DNA of 64,000 nucleotides from Bacillota bacterium (GTDB lineage Bacteria; Bacillota_I; Bacilli_A; RFN20; CAG-288): NCBI GenBank assembly GCA_023459795.1, contig JAEWSP010000018.1, positions 30,946 to 94,945 of the forward strand, read 5' to 3'. Shown piece by piece: positions 59,215 to 64,000 of this stretch (position 1 is its first letter; each line of letters starts with the position of its first letter). The notes under the pieces were generated by a model. It saw only the letters and a program-made list of their open reading frames with translations, ran no database searches and was not told where the DNA came from. The position numbers and the translations under genes were made by a program.

Positions 59215-59366
59215 AATAATTCCTTTATTACCACCATTTCAAACTGTGTTTTTGGCAAAAAAACCTTGTCAATAAAGTTTTCCACAATTTATAAAAATAG
59301 AAAAGAAGTATACAAACAGTGTTTTCGAATCGATTTACCACCATTTCTATAGTGGTGGAGAACAGA

Positions 59367-59674
59367 GGTGGATAACAAAGTAGTAAAGTGGATAACTTTG
59401 GCATGTTATCCACCACTTGTCCACCAAAAATAGAGTTATCAACCGGTTGTTTGTAACCCATAATTATTATGGTGGATAAGTGCAAAAAGCCTTTATATAT
59501 AGCAAAGATTTTGTTGTTGATAACTTTCCTTTTGTGGATAACTTATCAACTTATCCACCGTGAAGTTATCCACACCCCGTTTAACCACCGTATATCCACT
59601 ATACACCACGGTGGATAAGTGGTTTTAATATTTTTTATACTTAACGATTTCTTCTCATATAAGTTGGTGGATAA
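59367..59674. promoter_or_regulatory. oriC upstream DnaA-box cluster (about 10 boxes)
   Basis: Perfect boxes: TGTGGATAA 59533-59541 and TTATCCACA 59566-59574. One-mismatch boxes at 59367-75, 59387-95, 59406-14, 59471-79, 59551-59, 59610-18 and 59666-74. An AT-rich tract at 59624-59664 follows. Confidence 0.85.
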
Positions 59675-59743
59675 CTTTTTTCTTTCTTCTATCCAGAACG
59701 AATTAGGGTATAATCAAGAGGCTTTGAGTAGGAGGGGTGGAGA

Positions 59744-61135
59744 ATGAAAGAAACAACAATCAACCGGCAGACAGAAAGAATCTTCCTGCTCGTCCTGGAA
59801 AATCTGAAAGAAAAGGTTCCGCAGAATATCTACGACAATGTTTTCGGTGACGGATCTTTTGGCCTGAAATCATTGGATGGCGGAAAGGCTGTTTTTGTTT
59901 CCGATAGTGAGTCTTCTGCTCAGCTTATCAAAGCTCTTTATCTCACTCCTCTTACCAATATTCTTCACGATGTAACATCGGATGAATATGAGGTGGAAGT
60001 GACAGATAGAGCCAGTTATTCCAGAAGAAAAATAGCGGTTGAGGATGCCTCTGCGCGTTTCTTCCAGAACAGCCACCTATCTCCCGCCTTCCAATTCGAT
60101 AATTTTGTAGTAGGATCCAATAATAAAGCTGCTTATCAGGCCGGGTTATTCGCTGTTGCAAAACCAGGCGTCAGCAATCCTATCTTCCTTTATTCCAAAT
60201 CCGGCATGGGAAAGACTCATTTACTGCAGGCAATCGGTAATGCCTACAAGGAGCAGCATCCGGACAGCAACGTCCTTTATATTACATCGGATGATTTTAT
60301 TGAAGAATTCGTTAAATATAGCAAAGGACTCAAAGATAGCGAGAATCTGAAAGACTTTTTCTCTACTATCGATATGCTTCTTGTAGATGATATTCAATTC
60401 CTTGCCGACAAAGACAAAACTCAGACAATGTTCTTCAATGTGTTCAATCTTCTTGTTGGACAGGGAAAACAAATTGTCTTAACCTCTGATAAGTCCCCGA
60501 TGCAGCTCTCGGAAATGGGAGATGAACACCTTCAGGACAGACTCGTCAGTCGTTTCAGCGGAGGACTTTCTATCTCCATCACGACTCCGGCCAGAGAAAC
60601 GATGATCGAGATTTTGAAGATGAAGATACGGAATAACGGATTAGATCTTTCTCTATTTGCTCCGGAAGTCCTGGAATACCTCGCCAACAACTACAGTACT
60701 AATGTCCGTGTTCTGGAAGGAGCCTTCACAAAAGTCCTCTTCGAAATGACGATTGAGAAACCCCAGGGAAAGATTACTCTTCCCTTCGTGAAGTCCATCT
60801 TCGAAGATGATGAATCCCATCGCAAGATGAAAGGCAAGGTCAGCGTAGAAGAGATTATCTCTATCGTATCCGACTACTACTCTTTGACTTCTTCCCAGCT
60901 GAAAAGCAAAGTCCGGACGAGTCAGATTGCCTTAGCCAGACAGATTGCTATGTACCTAAGCAGAAACGTCCTCTCTCTCCCTTATCAGGAGATTGGAAAA
61001 GCCTTCGGCAAGGACCATACGACCGTTCTTGCAAACGTTCAGAAGATTGAATCCATGAAGGGGAAGGATACGAGAGTCGAAACAGCACTTCTAGAGCTGA
61101 AAAAGACGATCAGTAAGGAGAGCAGCCAAGCATAA
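59744..61135 (+). CDS. dnaA: Chromosomal replication initiator protein DnaA
   Basis: AAA+ Walker A SGMGKTHLLQA, and C-terminal domain IV DnaA signature (KDHTTVLAN). Confidence 0.95.
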   Translation: MKETTINRQTERIFLLVLENLKEKVPQNIYDNVFGDGSFGLKSLDGGKAVFVSDSESSAQLIKALYLTPLTNILHDVTSDEYEVEVTDRASYSRRKIAVEDASARFFQNSHLSPAFQFDNFVVGSNNKAAYQAGLFAVAKPGVSNPIFLYSKSGMGKTHLLQAIGNAYKEQHPDSNVLYITSDDFIEEFVKYSKGLKDSENLKDFFSTIDMLLVDDIQFLADKDKTQTMFFNVFNLLVGQGKQIVLTSDKSPMQLSEMGDEHLQDRLVSRFSGGLSISITTPARETMIEILKMKIRNNGLDLSLFAPEVLEYLANNYSTNVRVLEGAFTKVLFEMTIEKPQGKITLPFVKSIFEDDESHRKMKGKVSVEEIISIVSDYYSLTSSQLKSKVRTSQIALARQIAMYLSRNVLSLPYQEIGKAFGKDHTTVLANVQKIESMKGKDTRVETALLELKKTISKESSQA

Positions 61136-61140
61136 GACAA

Positions 61141-61172
61141 CAGGCTTTCGGGAAACCGAAGCCTGTTTTTCT
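61141..61172 (+). terminator. Terminator-like hairpin immediately after dnaA
   Basis: CAGGCTTtcgggaaaccgAAGCCTG followed by TTTTTC. Confidence 0.45.
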
Positions 61173-61206
61173 TTCTTCTTGGTGGATTGAGTGGAAAACG
61201 GTACTT

Positions 61207-61498
61207 TTATCCACAGAAATCTGGGGATAAAAGAGCATATAATTTCATTAGTTTCGCTTAGCTTTTCGATATAAATAAAGGAAATTTTATTAAATTGCTG
61301 TTCAGTCTAAAAAGTTATCCACATTTCCACCGCCCTTATTAATATCCTTATTTCGTATTTGAAGAATGACATTCTATAGCCGGCAAAGCCGGCCCCTTCT
61401 CGGAAAACGGATAACAAAACAAATTTCGGCACGAAAAAGACCAGTTTATCGATTTACCTATAGCACCTACAAATATATATATTTATAATATATATATC
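61207..61498. promoter_or_regulatory. oriC downstream element: DnaA boxes (perfect TTATCCACA at 61207-61215 and 61315-61323) plus AT-rich DUE-like tract (61470-61498)
   Basis: Boxes read directly. The tract AAATATATATATTTATAATATATATATCG is almost pure A/T. Confidence 0.65.
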
Positions 61499-61522
61499 GC
61501 TAATAAAGGGAGATCTAAAATC

Positions 61523-62677
61523 ATGAAATTGACAATAAAGAGAACGGAACTTCTACGCCTTCTGACATACGCTATCCAGGCTATTCCGGCAAAGTCTGCC
61601 GAAGCCCAGTATATGAATTTTCTGATCGACTGCGAAGAGGACCATGTCGATATCATTGCCTCGGATGGCAATGTCTCGACCAAGATCAATCAGCCGATGA
61701 AGGATCCCAAAGGCAATGACGTCATTCTCAACATCGAAAAGGGATTGATCCAAACTCCCGCCAGAATGCTTTTAGATATCGTTGCTAAGATGGGCGGAGA
61801 TGTCGTCACCTTAGCATTAGTGGATTCCAATTTCCTGAATATCTCGGATGACACCACGGATTTCAATCTCGTTACCAAAGACGGAAAAGAATACCCGGAT
61901 GTCAATCTTACGGTTCCGGAAGGCAAGAAAGGTTTCGCTGTCTCCCTCAAGGATATGAAATCCCTCTTTGATACTACTAGCTATGCCGTTGCTACCCGTG
62001 GACCGAAGGAACTCTTCTACGGCATCAACGTCAAGGCTCATGGTGGCAAGCTTTATTTCATGGCTACCGATAGTTATAGAATGGCTCAGAATGCTGTTTC
62101 CGAACCGGATACCGAAGCAGAATTCTCCTTCACCTGCCCGATCCATGCTCTCAGCATGGTGACCGGCATCGGACAGACCGGAAACTGCCAGATCTTCATC
62201 GATGATCAGTCTGCTCTCTTCGTCACGGATGGCATTGCTCTTTCTACCAGACTTCTTAGAGGAGACTTCCCGTCTGTTGATCGTCTTATTCCGCCGGAAT
62301 TCCCGTATCAGGTAACGGTCAAGACAAGCGAATTCCTTTCTGCTGCAGACCGTGTAAAGATCATCTCCAGCGTCGAAGACAGGAACTCCCAGGTACGTTT
62401 CACTATCAGCCGCGAGAACGGCGTGACGATTTCCGCCCGTTCCACGAATTTCGGTACCTCCCAGGAAGTACTGAAGAATGCTACTTTCCAGATCAAAGAA
62501 GGAGAAGACGTCTTTGAGATCGGCTTCAATGTCGACTTCGCCATTGCTGCTGTCAAAGCCTTGGCAACGGATTCCTTCACCTTCGTCTTTGCTTCTGCTA
62601 CCCGTATGTTTATGGTAAAGAACGATAACCCTGAGAACATTCAGATTATTACTCCGATCCGTATGTCTTCCTTCTAG
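61523..62677 (+). CDS. dnaN: DNA polymerase III beta sliding clamp
   Basis: Three-domain clamp. N-terminus MKLTIKRTELLRLL. Lies downstream of dnaA. Confidence 0.95.
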   Translation: MKLTIKRTELLRLLTYAIQAIPAKSAEAQYMNFLIDCEEDHVDIIASDGNVSTKINQPMKDPKGNDVILNIEKGLIQTPARMLLDIVAKMGGDVVTLALVDSNFLNISDDTTDFNLVTKDGKEYPDVNLTVPEGKKGFAVSLKDMKSLFDTTSYAVATRGPKELFYGINVKAHGGKLYFMATDSYRMAQNAVSEPDTEAEFSFTCPIHALSMVTGIGQTGNCQIFIDDQSALFVTDGIALSTRLLRGDFPSVDRLIPPEFPYQVTVKTSEFLSAADRVKIISSVEDRNSQVRFTISRENGVTISARSTNFGTSQEVLKNATFQIKEGEDVFEIGFNVDFAIAAVKALATDSFTFVFASATRMFMVKNDNPENIQIITPIRMSSF

Positions 62678-62691
62678 CTCTCGACAGAAAA

Positions 62692-62720
62692 CCAAGGAGA
62701 GCGGCAAGCTCTCCTTTTTC
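62692..62720 (+). terminator. Rho-independent terminator after dnaN
   Basis: Hairpin AAGGAGAGC-ggca-AGCTCTCCTT followed by TTTC. Confidence 0.5.
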
Positions 62721-62802
62721 TTCTTTTTCCTTGCCGGTTTGGTTTCTTTCTTCGGGATGGGGAGAATATAATTAAGGCAACAGCGAAAGAGGAGGGACAG
62801 GT

Positions 62803-64000
62803 ATGGATAAAAACGAAGCAAATGAGTTCTGGGAGAAAATCTTCGGAACTGCAGAGGAAGCATATGACTATGCTTCCAGAAAAATGAAGAAGGAAGATTT
62901 CCAAAATCCTACTTCTCCTTACGGCTGGGATGTAGAACCTGTCCGTCCTTTAAGCCTAGGCGGAAGCGAGAATCAGGACAACCTGATTCCGGCTACTCTC
63001 TATGCCATTGCAAAAAGAGACGGCAAGACTTCTTTCAGCATCGGAAACCTTCATTTCGAAATGCGGAAAGGCAAAGCTTATAAAAATTTCGATCTTTATG
63101 ATGTAACGGATCATGATGCTCCGTTATCCTTGAATCCTTATGATTTATCCCAGGATAAGGATTTCCATCAGAACCGCAGGAATATTGCTTTAGGCCATCC
63201 GGAACAGGAAGAGCGGCTTCAGGCTGCTTCTTTCTCTTCTCTTCCGAATAAGGATTTCTCGACTCCGATTATCAACGATATGAATGAAACCACGAGCTTT
63301 GCCGCTCCTAAGGAAGTGACCTTGGAAGAAATACAAAAGGAACAGGAAGAAGGAGAAGAGACAACAAAAGAAACGGAAGCAGCAGAAACAGAAGAACCTG
63401 CCGAAGAAACAGAAGCGACTACGGAAGAGAACACCGAAGATAATACGGAAGAGACTACGGAAGAAAATACGGAAGCAACTACAGAAGAAACTGCCGAGAC
63501 TGTAGAAGAAACTAACGAAGAGACTGTAGAAGCAGAGCCGGAGACAGAAGCAGTGTCTCAAGAGAATTCAGAAGAGACTACGGAAGCAGAACCAGAGGCA
63601 GAAGAAGCTTCCGAAGAAACAAAAGAAGAAACAACAGAAGCCCCGGAAGAAGAAAAAATCGAAACGGAGACGGAAGAAGCAACCGAGCCTACGGAAGATA
63701 CTGCTGTCGTAGAAGAAACAAACGAAGAAAAACCGGAAGAAGAACAGCGAGAAGCTTCTTCTCCTGTTTTCTTTGCTGTCAATACTCCAACCGATTCCCT
63801 TCCGGACAACCCTAAGCCGGAAACGGATGATTCTTCTGAAAATGCAGAAACCGGGGAAGAAAAAGAAACAGAAGAAAAGACAGGAGAAGTAGCGGAAGAA
63901 GCAACAGAAGCTGTAGATGCCGCCCAGGGAGAAGACAATACGGAGCCTGCTGTAGAAGCAGAAGAAAAAACAGAAGAAGCGGAAGATAATCAGCAAGAAG
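62803..64000 (+). CDS. Partial CDS (runs off window end): degenerate HNH-like N-terminal domain fused to >250-aa Glu/Thr-rich polyacidic low-complexity region
   Basis: Strong SD AAAGAGGAGG 7 nt before the ATG at 62803. No stop codon in frame through 64000; it is absent from the ORF track only because it is open-ended. The segment GWDVEPVRPLSLGGSENQDNLIPATLYAIAKRDGK resembles the HNH consensus with catalytic His positions substituted. The tail is built of TEE/ETE repeats. Confidence 0.6.
   Translation, partial: MDKNEANEFWEKIFGTAEEAYDYASRKMKKEDFQNPTSPYGWDVEPVRPLSLGGSENQDNLIPATLYAIAKRDGKTSFSIGNLHFEMRKGKAYKNFDLYDVTDHDAPLSLNPYDLSQDKDFHQNRRNIALGHPEQEERLQAASFSSLPNKDFSTPIINDMNETTSFAAPKEVTLEEIQKEQEEGEETTKETEAAETEEPAEETEATTEENTEDNTEETTEENTEATTEETAETVEETNEETVEAEPETEAVSQENSEETTEAEPEAEEASEETKEETTEAPEEEKIETETEEATEPTEDTAVVEETNEEKPEEEQREASSPVFFAVNTPTDSLPDNPKPETDDSSENAETGEEKETEEKTGEVAEEATEAVDAAQGEDNTEPAVEAEEKTEEAEDNQQE

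Noticed and set aside
63190-63996. Four minus-strand ORFs (63190-63561, 63219-63434, 63558-63938, 63568-63996) with poly-F/S/C translations
   Set aside because: They are shadows of the GAA/ACG-rich acidic repeat of the plus-strand gene starting at 62803. That gene has a strong SD and a folded N-terminal domain.

Overview
This is a 64-kb chromosomal window from a Firmicutes-type genome. Coding GC is about 50% with high third-position GC. The replication origin lies at its right end: dnaA (59744-61135) and dnaN (61523-62677) are flanked by two clusters of DnaA boxes and an AT-rich unwinding element.

Most of the window is conserved housekeeping:
- GH13 alpha-glucosidase.
- cadC-cadA metal-efflux pair with palindromic operators.
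- rsuA, trpS, tadA, prfA-prmC.
- The dnaX-ybaB-recR-tmk-holB-yaaT(ricT)-rsmI block.
- groES-groEL preceded by a CIRCE operator.
- ung, tdk, and tRNA-Lys followed by mnmE-tatD-rnmV-ksgA.
- prs, pgmB, ispE, a thiamine pyrophosphokinase, and a heterodimeric ABC exporter pair.

Items worth a second look:
1. A low-GC islet of about 2.7 kb (43.2-45.9 kb) holds a three-gene minus-strand module: a secreted protein with a glycine-zipper hydrophobic C-terminus, a small polytopic membrane protein, and a compact membrane-anchored S8 subtilase. I read this as a candidate protease-matured toxin or bacteriocin-like locus, though I found no recognisable precursor peptide or modification enzymes.
2. The gene after dnaN (62803 to beyond the window end) has a degenerate HNH-like N-terminal domain fused to a Glu/Thr-rich polyacidic tail of over 250 aa. 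It sits where recF or yaaA is normally expected.
3. An isolated HPr paralog lacks the catalytic His15 (Crh-like). It is flanked by an 820-bp CpG-rich non-coding stretch carrying an irregular CGTATCG(CC)/GAATCG repeat array.
4. Three frameshifts sit at homopolymer runs: an A8 tract in a lipoprotein signal peptide, and G4 and A4 runs in a GH3-family gene. These are either phase variation and pseudogenisation or basecalling indels.
5. A small acidic protein and a small membrane protein are arranged operon-style with ung.
6. Smaller oddities: RicT/YaaT carries a His/Asn-rich tail of about 190 aa. A sugar transferase sits next to a 497-aa Wzz-topology protein. A lipoprotein of about 770 aa with an HEXXHXXGXXD zinc-protease motif lies divergent from the ABC pair. 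The tRNA-Lys(CTT) has C33 in place of the universal U33.

I found no CRISPR array, rRNA, transposase or integrase. Many long antisense ORFs in the track are shadows produced by GC-rich codon usage.
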